A stretch of 60,049 nucleotides of DNA, the filler included, from Sphacelaria rigidula (lineage: Eukaryota), in assembly GCA_964200075.2 (NCBI GenBank). It is 8 parts of 8 records of this genome, joined end to end, with 100 filler letters (N's around TTAATTAATTAA, not from the genome) between each part and the next. Parts side by side here need not be neighbours in the genome. Positions count along the whole stretch, not along the records: positions 7,521 to 14,939 come from CAXNAA020015008.1; positions 15,040 to 22,458 come from CAXNAA020015009.1; positions 22,559 to 29,977 come from CAXNAA020015010.1; 5 more parts are not named here. The stretch is one strand, 5' to 3'. The notes under the pieces were generated by a model, which had not been told where the DNA came from, did no database searches, and worked only from the letters and a program-made list of their open reading frames with translations. The translations under genes were made by a program, and so were the position numbers. Every line of letters begins with the position of its first letter. Position 1 is the first letter of the stretch. This document shows, piece by piece, positions 14,301-26,494 of this stretch.

Positions 14301-14540
14301 CCGGAGGCTGATGGATCTGCGCAGCTCAGGGAGTGGAAGCTCCTACACAAGATGAAACAATTTCTGGTTCATGACGATATCAGCGTCGTTGATGACGACA
14401 GTCCTTGGCTCCCCTTTTGTAAGGAAGAAGAGAGCCGAGGTCCCGCCAACACTGTTCGCCACTGCCGTGCCTCGCAGGCGTTCGATACTATAATGGCCGT
14501 CGCACTCCGACCTTTCCAGGCGAGTCGAATAGATCGATAG
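8317..14540 (+). CDS. Large multi-exon protein with N-terminal IQ motifs and two dynein-stalk microtubule-binding-domain (MTBD)-like regions; probably flagellar or cytoskeletal
   Basis: Approximate exons are 8317-8493, 8855-9022, ~9302-9624, ~10106-10438, ~10576-11080, 11308-~11468, ~11589-11858, ~12204-12399 and 12663-14519/14540; a first exon may start at ATG 8061. IQ-like motifs: IQRGVR, IQASIRMFTKRQQY, LQRVCRGMKGRRR. MTBD-like motifs: SLNNLQPKHLKELA...PPPAVLGALRTALAIL...LTWEMAARVL...LLRRMRAF...LLEAYRQDPAWSDEAL...AKTAMAFVGWTREL, and later PGLEMLLAACQMLL...VDLTMVP...RHPNW...ALEAFSGWIVAAV. Domain calls are by eye and some boundaries are uncertain. Confidence 0.75.
9805..9905 (+). repeat. Dispersed repeat starting with CCCTAA-like motifs
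   Basis: CTAACCCTAACCCC..CCCAAGGC...GGGCAAGG.GGGTG...TGTG.GTTGG.AGACCT.AAATC. Also at ~449-570 and ~17428-17535. Confidence 0.7.
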
Positions 14541-14665
14541 GTTGTTTCCAAAATGGAATTGCTAGTCGGTACGTGTTAAATGCGGCATCCCCTACCTACA
14601 AGATTGTTGACAGGGTGTACATATTTGATCGCCCACGCCGTACTTCTTTCAGCTTCATATTTGAG

Positions 14666-14939
14666 CTATCAAATGAATCATCCTACGATAGGGAGGGGGG
14701 GGTATTTTGGGCCACTTCTTGCACGAAATTTCAAGTCAAATCACCTTTGAAAGGAGCAAGAGTTACTCGAGCGAGCTTGTTATAGATGAATAGTGCTCAT
14801 TCATACCGATTGACACCGTTTTGAATCAAATACAAGCGCACCGCGGGTGTGGCAGGTCGTCTGACACACTTTCGAGCCTCTTTTTTCGGGCAATCAACCC
14901 CCCCCCCCCCCCCCTATCGTAGGATGACTCAAATGATAG
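14666..14939. mobile_element. MITE with G/C-run subterminal TIRs (copy 1)
   Basis: CTATCAAATGAATCATCCTACGATAGGGAGGGG ... CCCCTATCGTAGGATGACTCAAATGATAG. A homologous copy is at ~38452-38708. Confidence 0.7.
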
Positions 14940-16374
14940 NNNNNNNNNNNNNNNNNNNNNNNNNNNNNNNNNNNNNNNNNNNNTTAATTAATTAANNNNN
15001 NNNNNNNNNNNNNNNNNNNNNNNNNNNNNNNNNNNNNNNTCTACTGCAATAGACAATAGATTCCATACTGTACGCAGTACATTTTTTGACCGTGTATTCT
15101 ATTGTCCAGGGTATGCGTGACTTGCACATCACAGGAGGAACATACATACTGTCGGTTTCAGCGTCGTTCGTAGTGGTGCAGTGCATTGCAGTGCTGTCCA
15201 ATGCAGTACACCACAGTACACCACTTTGTTTTTCCTTGGCGGAAGGAGGAAACCCGACCCAAGACTTACCTCGCAAGCGAGTTCGTGCCGCGATTACCCG
15301 AAGGCTCGGCTAGACTGCCTGGCGGCAGTCATGTGGGGAAGGCGCCTCGTGCGCTCGTAAGCTTTGCTCGAGGCAGTGTGGGGGGTGCTCCAACTAAAAC
15401 TCTCTATCACCTTGGCGCATTACACGCACCGCCATGCCCTTATGAGCTTCGGCCCTGGTGTCGCTGCAAAGGGGCAGTAGCCGTCAGGTCGGAAGTGTCC
15501 CCATCTTTTTAACGGTACTGCTATACTACGTGGAACGAGATGCCGATATATTACTGTCGCATGTAAGGCGCGCGAAAGCTGCGCGGTATAGAGACGGAGA
15601 AAATGGCTCTGTGCATCTGCGGCGTCGGTTGTCGCAGATGCCAAGCGGAGTTCGGGCACTTAGCACTCGCCACTTTTCAGGTATTCTCTGAGGTTCAGGT
15701 ATAGCCAGGGGAAGAGATGTAGACGGTTTGAGGTACAAGTTCTGGGTGTGCAGTCTTCATTGGATACTCTACAACATCGGCCAGTCGGATGACCGTGTTT
15801 GGGGGCAGTGTATATTTCAGCGGGAGCTGTACCTAGAACTGTCGAAAAATGGTCTCAGGTATACTCGAACGTGACAGTTCCACTTGAAATGTTCATTCAC
15901 ATCTCGTAAACAGTCGCCCCAACAGTTAACACCTAATCGTGCAAAAATTATGCTTCGAAGCATTGTTCTTGCCGTCCATTTATAGAACGTTTTCAATGCA
16001 TACTGGCCAGGAGACGTGTGTTTTCATCTGCGCATGTGCACAATAGGTCGACGTGTGTCTCCTTGTGTAAGTGTCGATTAAGAACACGCAGCACGAGGTA
16101 TGACGGCAGCAGAAAACAAAATTGACAGGAGCGATTCATCTAGCCGTTGCCCTGTGGACAGCAAACACCGGATATTTGCCGGATGTCCCCGTATCAAGTG
16201 GATGGAACCATATTAATCACTGCGGGAGTCCTGAACACCTCGAACCGCCGCGGACATTGGGACGCACGCGAAGGATTCTGACAACTGTAAGCACCGTCCT
16301 GTTTGACGGACGCCGAAGACCAAAATGAAAACCCACGCTCACGTCTTGCTTTGATGAACCGTTGGCTTTGGCAG

Positions 16375-19300
16375 ATCCCCTTTGCAGAGGTGTACACGGA
16401 TGCCCAGCGCAACCTCATCATGGCGATGATAATGGCTGCCAACCAGGAAATCCCCGAAGTGTGCATCTTCTTCAGCGATCGCCTGCTGCGCGCCAATCGG
16501 ACCGTCAAGGTGGACAGGTGTGTCGACGAAACGTTTCGCGGTCGACGGCGACGCGAGATACTTGCATCCTTTTGGAACTAACTGTACCCTGCCATCCCCG
16601 CGCCAGAGACCTCGTAATTCGCAGAACTCCATGGCTGAATAACCAGGACGAAGGAAGCATTCACAACCATGTGAGATGCGTGTCCAAAAACAGGCACCTC
16701 GGTGTCGTCTTGGCAGTTTCATCGAACAGTCGTCCTTCTAAAGTGAAGTGGGGACAACTGTGTTGATGAACGCCAGCTATCACTTTCGTGTCTGAGAGAT
16801 TTTAGTCGCTGGTCTAGTTTTGTCCCCGAAGTTACCGACATTTTCGGACAGTTGCTACTTTCTCCGAGAAATGTCAGAGCGGCTTTCTTGAGCCAGTTCA
16901 GGCAATAGATCAGTGTTAGACTGACCACACATTTCCGGAATAGTTGAGAGAAAATTCCAACCGGTCGGGAAATGTTGCAAAAACACTGAAAAATGCCAAG
17001 TTAATAACTAATAATAATTATCATTATTATCATTATTATCATTATTATCATTATTATTATATCCGTCACATTAGCTCGATCTCTCGAACCCAACGATAAT
17101 ACGTATCATCAATTCTCGATGGTGTTCGTTCCCTGGCGCAGCACTCCACATCTGTTCCATGAATGTACGGTCACGCCATATGTCATTGGGTGCGACGCCC
17201 CAAACCCCCTGGTACTGAACTGTGCTGTACTGGACGGAGGACAATGCATGGGAGCAACGACCATATAAGCAATCGCCCAACTCTTCGACGTGCGACGCGC
17301 CCACAGCATGTCATGTTATGCAACTTGCGGCCTCTCGTCATATGGAGGTGATTCGCGCAAGGAGGAGGATTTACCTCACTAGGGCTATAAGTTACCCATG
17401 TTTGACACGTTTTACAATTATCGCTGCCCCTAACCCTAACCCCAACCCGAGGCATATCGACAATCCTTGGGCAAGGAGGGTGCATAGGGTTTCCCAAAAC
17501 AATTGTGTGTTGGTAGACCTCAAATCGGAGCCGATGGCACCGAACTGAACGAACATGCGCTCTACCCACGCTAGGAGCATACGGGACTGCCAAGCCCCAC
17601 TAAAGATCCGATTCTCGCTGTTCGCGCCCAAATCAAGTAATGTCAACCATGGGGACGCTGTAGCCACAACTGGGGTCAATTTTACTGCGCGAAAGGATAT
17701 GTTGTGCTTTTCTACACGTCCAGCAGTACCATCAACGAAGTCAACACCCAATCTTCCATTTAGGTTGGGTTTTTTTCGGGTATGAGAGAAATGGTGCTCA
17801 TGGCCGCTTGGATAAATGATGCTCATGATGCGATTCATGTGGTTGTTTGTGCATGAACGTTTCGGCCTGCTGGAGGGTAACCTCTGGTCTTTGACGGCAA
17901 GTACTATGCAAAATACGTTCCGGGTCATGTGCACATCTTGTGGTTGTGTGGTGTATGACATCGCCCGGGCAAAGGTGAAGGCGTCGTAGATGGCACCAGC
18001 AAGCGGTTCTTAGCGCGTTCGAAGAAACTCTTCCGACAAAAAAGGAGAAGAACTTGTCCGCAGCTGCGGCATATCGGAGGTATACCACGAGGCACCAAAA
18101 GCAGCATCACGGCTGTATGAAAGCGCCGTTTACCTGTATATTGTGCTCACGGCTGCAGTTGCACGGTGTGTACAACGCTGTTGCTTCGTGCTGATGACGG
18201 TAGGGATCCTGTGCGACTGAACAAGACTACTGGCTGGGGCTGTACTACTGTCTGGACGTCTGTCTGCAGTACTGGTGTGCAACCACAGGTTTCATCGGAA
18301 GCACCCACTGCGAATGTCATAGCCACTTCTTCCGCGCGTGCACGGGCCTGACGATTCCGCGTTTGGGCGAAACTATGTGATGAGCTATACAAGAATGTCA
18401 GGCATACCCGCAGGACAAAATAAGTCGGTTGAAAGTCTTCACTGTACGAGCTGCGCCAGCTCAAAAACGGGTCGGGCTCTAAATCTGGATTACTCACTCC
18501 AGTTTGAGAGTCGCGTGCGTGCGTGCGTGCGTGCGTGCGTGTGTGTATGTGTCTGTGTGTCTGTGTGTCTGTGTGTGCTGCCATCCCATCTATTCTGGAC
18601 GCTAGGCTACACCTTTCGGTGTATCTGGGCGCATCAGCCGGGGTCACACAGGCGAAGGTCAACGCAGAAGTTTTCTGTTCTCATTTAGTCCCCCATAGTC
18701 CTCCCGCAGTGGCTGCCTCACCTTTCTATTCTGGACGCTAGTCTACACCCTTCGATATATGTGGGCGCATCAGCCGGGTTCACACGGACGCAGGTCAACG
18801 CAGAAGTTTTCTGTTTTTATGTAGTCCCCCATTTTCCTCCTGCGGTGCTTTCCTTTCCTTTTTGGCGAGAAGGGTTCGGTGGTTCCTGTCCCTCGTCGAC
18901 CGTGAAGCCGGGCTGTGTGTACACAAGAGAAGTCGCTCTCCAGTGTTGGGCATGGTGTGAAAACAAATCCCAGATCGTGTGACTTCACCGAGATTCGAAT
19001 CCGCTTCCCAACCGTTACAAGGTTTCGAGGTTTGTTGTGCTCTGAATTTTTGGCATGGAGCATTGCAAGGGCAAAACAAGAAACCAACTTGCGGCACATT
19101 GAAATTTGTCGTTCACGAGTGAAAAGAAAATTTTGTGGCACATGTTTATTATACATTTATTTTGGCCTTGCGATATTCGGTGTCAAATTTAAAACCATAA
19201 GCCTCATGAGTGGAGCGATAAATCCAGATGTGGTGCATGTAGTTCTCTTCTTGTAATTTAATTTAGTATGGAATATTATGCGCGCTATATCTTCCGATGG

Positions 19301-20932
19301 GAAACGAATTAAGGTGAAGGTGAGGGTATCGATCGTTTCCCGTGCCCCGAGGAATGTTCGACTAAAACCGGCGTCATCTGCTGTGCAAATCTTTGGGGCT
19401 TCGTCTCGACTCTAGCCTCGAGATATCTCCGTAGGTCTCGGGTTTACTCAACATGACGCGTAATCAGCGAAAACGTAGTTGACCGGGTTTGTTGAGTGCG
19501 TAGGCATGTGCCTCTTGATTAGATTAATAACAAGATGTGCCGACCACTGCCCCCTTCGTCTGCGTCGATGAGGTATGGCTGTGACAGCTCAAGCCCAATT
19601 TTTCGTCGGGTTCAACTCCTTGAGATTCATCATCGACAACGTTTACGACATTTTATCCTGACTTAGCCGTGATAAAACACCAGATACAGTGAGTGGTACA
19701 AGGAATGTCTCCAGCACAGTTGGAGCACTGACCTGCATCGCCTGTATAATAGTATGAATGGATGCACTATTTTGGTGTTTTATTTTTGTGCGCATTCCCT
19801 CCGAACCCCGGAATAGAATGTAGCACCACACGTACAGCCCCTCCCACCCACGCCCGCTCCTTTCACCAGTGAAACGGTACCCTATCCTTCCACCCCTGCC
19901 CCCCTGCGCATCCTGATTTGCCGATTCGTGCCCTGCTTGCTTTCGGTTGGACTCGCCAAAACGCGGCCGTACGCCGCGGAAACTTCATCAACCAGTTTGG
20001 CGTTAACGGCGTTCGAATCCCCGAACTTTCCCGCCTTGGGACGGCTTGGCGTCAGCATGTGGTACAGACGGGACCTGGTATTGCCCCCGCCACGAGGACC
20101 GTTTCGTGTACACACCAGGATGGATTCCCGCGTTGTAAGTGACAGCTCTGTATACAAGTATGCCCAAGTGTTGATATATGTATATATACACGTATGGGTA
20201 GCGCCATTCAGCTGGCGTGTGATGGAGGGACATGTGTACCTTCACGACTTTAGCCGAAGGCACCCGTAAAATCAGTCTCCGCGTGGAAAAACGAGAAGAA
20301 AGTGCGCGCCCCTCACTGGCAACAGAGGAGGCGACGGCGATCTGCATACGCTTATCAGCGGATATACTTGTATGCACTAGTTGTTTTTCAAGATAGGCTT
20401 GCTTTGTGAAGAAGTCACCGTAACACTCAACCGCAAGTGTCGGGCTGCACGCCCGTACTTTCTCTGTCGTGTTATGCAGCACTTGCCGTCATGGCAAATC
20501 CACTTCGCTTTTTCCTCGGCTACGCACTCGAGGTTCGGAAACGTTCTGACTTGCCTCGATCAATCCCCTTCTACGCAGAATTTAGTGAGACGTTTACTCT
20601 AAGTACAAGTGAGACGAGGAGCAGATATTTTAGTGACACGTCGGTGCGGAGAAAATGTGTTGATCAGTCACACCCAGAAATGGCTCTGGCCACCGCATGG
20701 AAGGGCGACATAATTCATTACCCCCCTGAACGTCAGACGACTCTTTGCGTCGCTCGTTCTCCGTGGTTTCACTTCTTAAACAAAGGTGGTGATCAAGCTG
20801 ATCCCTGGATTCGACGATGAGGTATTGTTGGCGATTTCGCTGCACAGTACCACGGTCAAGGCAATGGTTCTGGAGCTGTACGGCACGGGTAACAGCCCAA
20901 GTCGACGGGAAACATTCATCAAGTTCGTCCAG
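16375..20932 (+). CDS. ansA: L-asparaginase type I (cytosolic), three internal exons; partial gene
   Basis: Exons 16375-16517, 19996-20134 and 20786-20932 splice in frame at GT-AG sites. They give IPFAEVYTDAQRNLIMAMIMAANQEIPEVCIFFSDRLLRANRTVKVDS|LALTAFESPNFPALGRLGV...DSRV|VVIKLIPGFDDE...AMVLELYGTGNSP. These match the type I asparaginase motifs IPEV-F-L-R-NR-K, AFxSPN, L-PG and YGxGN. Confidence 0.93.
17008..17060. repeat. (ATTATC)n microsatellite
   Basis: Read directly from the sequence. Confidence 0.9.
18513..19032 (-). mobile_element. tRNA-derived SINE, second copy; 5'-truncated, with tandemly duplicated 3' body
   Basis: The reverse complement aligns to 6668-6990 (AACCTCGAAACCTT...TTCGAATCTCGGTGAAGTCACACGATCTG). 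The 3' segment TCTATTCTGGACGCTAG...CAACGCAGAAGTTTTCTGTT occurs twice (~18589-18724 and ~18725-18860). The tail is (TGCG)n/(TG)n at 18513-18578. Confidence 0.8.
19255..19620 (+). repeat. Dispersed repeat (second copy at ~55403-55765)
   Basis: Shared TTTAGTATGGAA.ATTATG.GCGC.ATAT...AACGAATTA.GGTGAAGGT.AGG.TATCGATCGT.TCCCGTGC.CC.AGG.AATGT and downstream blocks. Confidence 0.7.
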
Positions 20933-22407
20933 GTAAACCCTCCTACGCTCCGGCTCGTGACAAGAATTTGGGTTTTCTACGGTGGACTGTCATTGTCGGT
21001 GTTCAAACTCGTGATTCATCGCGCAGCGCTCAACAAAGTTGATAGTCCGTACGCTGACTGCACTGTACCCTGGGCTGGCGACACGCGTGTAGGGGTTATT
21101 TTTCAAGACCCCTTCCACATGACACTGAGATGATTTTCCCTGTGTCAAGCGGATATGATTTTGTGTGGTGATTCGCCGTTGATGTTCCTCTTCATCGGTT
21201 CGTTCCAAGATCTGGACGGATTTGAGCGCACGGCGATTTTGTTTTCGAAACGTGTTGACTTCGTTCATAGTGAGGGCATTTTCCCTAATCACACCAGGTT
21301 GAAATTGAAAATAATCTCCCGCCCCCGCCCTGGACTTGAGAAGGTGTCCGCTGAACTAGGCCACCAGGTGCTGCCGAAGTGTGCCGGTTTGAAATCGAAA
21401 AACATTAGCCACCTACGAGCACGTGTACAGCGCAGGTCTACTTGAATATAACCTAGGACCGTAGCATACCGTGAGCTCAATCCCACACCCCATCGGGAAG
21501 TCGGCGTCGGTCGGGCGAGCTTCAACCCTTGTGCCCAACACTGCACCTCCCATGCTCGAGGTAGTACCCACTTCGATTTTTCAACCCAATATCTGCTTAC
21601 TACAGTTGCGGAAAAGGCGGTGGCCTGGAGAGGGCCTCCGAACGTACAGGTTTTATTCTCCATCCAGTTTGGCGCATCTATGCCCAACCCCAACGTGAAT
21701 ACAGCAACTTCAGGCAGGCAGCTTCTGAGCTTTTCACGCAACGTAACGAAGGCGACAACGACGTGTGCGCGCACAAATTGCCATGATATGAGCGCGTCTG
21801 CAGCAACACATGCCCGATGTCCGGTCATCTAACGTTCAGGTAGCCACGGGTTATGACAGATCTGAATGATCGTCAAGAGCAAACTTGCCAAAGTATGCTG
21901 CAATGCTGCAATGCTGCACGCGTCGTCGGTTTTCTTTCGTATTTCTTCAGAAAAGTGTCACGATGTTCAGGTAAAGATGAGCACGTTTGGAACAGCTTCA
22001 GATCTGGCTGCGATGGCAGCATAAACTGCCCCAAATATGGTCATCTGGTTGGTCGAGACAGCGGGATAATTGGTCTCATGACCGTACATACAGCAGGTGT
22101 ACTTGAATTTGCCGTTTCCCCTAGACTCCACCTGAATCTCAAAGGGGGCCTGAGGGTGGCGAGCAACGAGCAAGGGAATGTCACTTGGCAACTGTGACCA
22201 TGAACTCCGCAGAAGCAGCGAATCATTCCGCCTGCCTCTCTACATAGTGCAAGTGAGTGCCTGCGGGCAGTGGCCTTTCCGAACTGATGACGTTGCGTAC
22301 ATCATGACACCGCTAACTCATTCTGTATCCATAGGGTGCTGTTGTCACTGCGAGTGTTCTTGTGCCGTGACATGGAGAGCACTTGCTTTACCGCGATGTC
22401 CTAGTAG

Positions 22408-22409
<2 letters not shown>

Positions 22410-22458
<49 letters not shown>
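22410..22458. repeat. (TG)n microsatellite at contig end
   Basis: Read directly from the sequence. Confidence 0.95.
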
Positions 22459-25400
22459 NNNNNNNNNNNNNNNNNNNNNNNNNNNNNNNNNNNNNNNNNN
22501 NNTTAATTAATTAANNNNNNNNNNNNNNNNNNNNNNNNNNNNNNNNNNNNNNNNNNNNAGTTTAGCAGGGAGAGTCTGGAAAACTAGTGATTAGCTTCGG
22601 GCACAGGGCTTCACGGACGCGTGAGGAGGCTTCAAGCTGAGGCAGCTGCAAAGGCGGCTGGCCCGTGATTGATCCAGACTGGAGACTCCTGCGCCGCGCG
22701 CGCTTTAGGGGTGCTGTGGCGAAATCACGCCGTCACGGTTGAGTATATAGTGGATCCTGGATGATGACCAGGGGGCAAGTGCATCCTGTGGATGATGACC
22801 CTTGCTGTGCAGCCCAGGATTGTGGCACGGGGCTGCAGATGTTTACTCCGAATAATGATAAGGTGTTATAAAGGGTGACAACTGAGACTTTGAGGCCAGT
22901 GGAGCTGGGGAGTCCCTCAACAGCATTCAGACGCTGCAGTACTAGCAACCTGCTAGCGTCACAGGGCACGTGCATGCATCGGAGGCACAGTGACGAGGTA
23001 TATTGATGACATGTTCGAATGGTACAATTACAGCTTCCCCCCTAACGTGCACCATGTTGCGACGGTGCGTTCAAACGCCTGATCGTTTACCATTTGTTGT
23101 TATAGAGGTCTCTACAACTTCTCGGTAGACGGCAATTCTACTTTTTTGGAAGCTGTTTATGGGAGCTACGTTCCAATGTGAAAATATGGATAGTATAGAG
23201 CATCTGCGAGCCCTTTTCGATTCTGTACGAAGTGACGACGCCAAGAAAGTAGCCTAGGACACACTAAAAGCCGCAGACAAGGTCTTTCATCCTCATCAAT
23301 GTCATCTGCGCCAAACGACGAGGGTTATACCGTACGTTTATTGGTCGTGCAGTCGGGTAGGAGATATAATTTCACATATTTATTACGGTCACCCTGTGCG
23401 CGGGGGAACAAAAGATGGTGGGAGATATTTGATATTTTCGTCACCACAACACCGGGGTAGGGGGGAGGGGGGGGGCTACGCGGTATTTCTACAGAATAAA
23501 CTAACAATAAACAAGACACCTTCGCCGAAACGCCATGTCCCAAATGTTTATAGACGCAAATATTCAAGGGGAAAAGGTGTAGGGGAAAGTAATTAGACCC
23601 CGCGTGCTTATGCCGAACATTATCAAAGAGGCACCGGAAACATTTGCCTGCCACAGATAGTAGTGCCTTATATGGCAGGTGGGGGGGGGAGGCGTACCCA
23701 TTTGTTGCTTAGTCGTGTGACCATTGACATATGGCAGGGGGGGTCGACAGTAGAGAAGCGGTCGACAGAGGAACCTTGACGGGAGAGTAGAGGGAAATCC
23801 AGAGCAGCAAAGGGCACCAGAAAGTAACTCCAAGGCAGAGAAGAAAAACCTCTACACGAGGACAGCTGCCCCTATGCACGCCCGCCAAACTACTGCACGT
23901 CACACAGCACCTCTGCGCTGTGAGGGGTTCTAGGCACGCGCTTTTGAGGCAACCCATCTCTCTCCTTCTGTTGATCCCGTGATCCATCCGCACGCTCTGC
24001 GAGGGCAATAAGCTACAGTGGAAGACGCAACCGCATGTACTACTGCCGAGCTATATATATATATATATATATATGTACGCGGGAAAAACTGGTGCTGCTG
24101 TACTTGCGCACATCACGTCCGGCCAGGGATTGAAAATGAAAATAAAGTAAACCCGTCTTCCATACCAACCATATAAGACCGTCCCTACATGCCCCAACAC
24201 GCACGCATAGTCGACTGCGGGATAACGGTAACGTCAGCTAAAACGTTTGATGAAATACTCATATATCATGGGGGACAGGATGCTTGCACGGGGTGGACTT
24301 TTTTCACGACGTCAGGGTCCATGGCCAGGAGGAACGCCACCAGGCTGCTCTCCGGGTACACGAAGGAGCAGAACGATGCCCGCATTCCGGTTGGACAATA
24401 CCCCCATCTGACTCTTCCTCGCTAATGGACGATGGCTCTCCGTGTATATGACGCCGCTTCACATCCTCAGGATCTTCGAAACAGTAAGAACAAGATGCGG
24501 AGGGATGAAACTAGGGCGATTATGATCGGGGATCAATTTTTCAAGCGTTTGAGACAAGATCATACAAAACCGGATATCTACGATGACACGTCCGAACGTT
24601 TCTGACAACCTAGAGGCGGCAAAAACCGTCCAAGGCTAACTTTCAGCACAGTGTGACAATGAGTCCCACTTCCTGGAATTGTTGGACAGTACTTACCCCG
24701 GTCGGGCTCCAGAGCTCTGTGTGCCCCGTAGATGCTTGGCAGAGTTGGAAAGTTGGTAGGTGCTGAGATTTGCAATTTGGCATAAGAGCATCGGGGGCAA
24801 AGAAGTCGTAGCAGGATCTTCCTTTCGACGCTTTATTTGATGATTTGAAACCGGATCGTGATGCCATACGACGGTACATTTACCGTGGTAAACATTTTCC
24901 CATTCACGTGGTGCACACCTAGCCATTTGCCTCGCCCCAAAACTCCCTCGAGAGGAAAATTTCCCCCTCTAGAGATAAAAAAACACCCTCTACAGGACCT
25001 GTGGAGGGGCAAAAAGTGGTAGAGGGGTCCATTTTCTACCATTCTAGAGGGTGTGTCAGCCCATACATCAATAGCCCACTGGAAACACTCTGGATGGAGG
25101 ACCTTGACCTCCCCCTAGCGGGGTGGCGTGCATTCTGCGGAGGCTCTACAACAAAATGAAACCCTCCAGAAGGATGTGTCGACTGCTGAAACTCTACAGC
25201 GATGGCCCGGCCCCCAGAGGTCATTCTGGTTTCATGCCTTTCTGTTCGTTGTTTCACCCTCTGGATAAATGAAATAGGCGTGTCGCATTTGTTTCTTTCG
25301 AAAGAATGCGGTCGATGTCTTTTTGCCGATCTGACAGGTCCATCGCATTTATGTTCCTAGATGGCTCCCACTCGAAAGTATAGTTAGTGGCGCGCGGAGA

Positions 25401-26279
25401 AGAATTGCTCGAGGTTAAAAACAACCATTTTCGATCGAAAACATGCTGTCGAAAGGCACGAAGCGATACTTATTCACTTCTATCTTAGAGACCACCACGT
25501 CAGATGACACCTGTTCACAGGACCGTGCAAACTCTACCCAACTCATTCTCAGCTGCCACCACAACCCTGCAGCATAGAGCACGAGTTGAGCCCAGGGATA
25601 CAAACACCGCAGTAATCGAGTGTTCTTTTTTATTTTTTGTTGGCGAAAACCTGCGCGTCTTCCCTGATCTCTGATGGTAGGGATTAGCGACGGAACTGCC
25701 TGGTACGGTGGGCAATCGAGTTGCGTTCACGCTCATGGAGACAACAGTACAGTCAGTACAAAGCTGCACGTTGCTGAAGTATTTTTCACATCGCATTGTA
25801 AGCAGGGATGACTGATGGTTCTGGGCTGTCTGCACTGCATTTTGCCCGCTCCTCTTTTATACCCTCTTGTACGAAACACGCACCCACGAAACTCAAGACA
25901 CTGCTGGCAAGCAGTGCAGATACTACAGACTGTTGTTGTACCGTTTGATGATTTAAGAGTGGGCAACCTTGTCATTTTCCCCACCTTTTTCGTTGTCTTA
26001 CTACAGCATAAAAGGTACATAATGGGAAGCCGCTTGTGGCCTATCACGCATAGTCAAGGCCGAGTGTTCGTTGCAGCATGTCTTCAAAGCGGGATGGAGC
26101 ACGCCGGGCTTTCGACGGACCAGGCTCGCAATTCGTCATCAAGCACGAAGCACCGTGATGTACGTTCGGCCAGTCGCATGAACGGTGAGCTGCATCTTGC
26201 TAAGTTTGTTTTGCTCAAAGCCTTGTGATATGTACTTTTCGGGTCACAGCTGAACCGAGCAGAAATACATGCAGCCATG

Positions 26280-26494
26280 TGTAATGCGTGCGAGGACCGC
26301 GTGCTTCGAGGACCGCATCAGAATTTGAACATCCCTATGGTTTGAGTTAGGGTTAGGATTAGTGTTGGGGTTAGGGTCAGGAGAGGGGTCTCTGCAGGGA
26401 CTTGCCCGATGTGTATTGAAACACGCCGATCCCGAGGTGTTCCCAGCAACGAGGCGGTCCCCTGAGCCCGCGGTCGATCGTCTCACGCATTACA
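26280..26494. mobile_element. ~210-bp MITE with internal telomere-like (TTAGGG) motifs
   Basis: TIR TGTAATGCGTG(C/A)GA ... TCTCACGCATTACA. Homologous copies are at 37035-37237 and, truncated, at ~33596-33730. Confidence 0.7.

Noticed and set aside
15240-15860. GC-rich coding-looking stretch as upstream asparaginase exons
   Set aside because: No asparaginase N-terminal motifs (TGGT, HGTDT) were seen in the plus-strand frames, and there are multiple stops.
1900-20932. Amino-acid catabolism cluster (threonine aldolase plus asparaginase)
   Set aside because: The genes are on different, artificially joined contigs.
22906-22930. 21/25-nt match to the hairpin 1 arm (TGGG.AGTCCCTC.A..GCATTCAG) as a possible small-RNA target
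   Set aside because: It is a short match on an unrelated contig with no supported gene; matches of this quality are expected by chance in an all-versus-all comparison of 60 kb.
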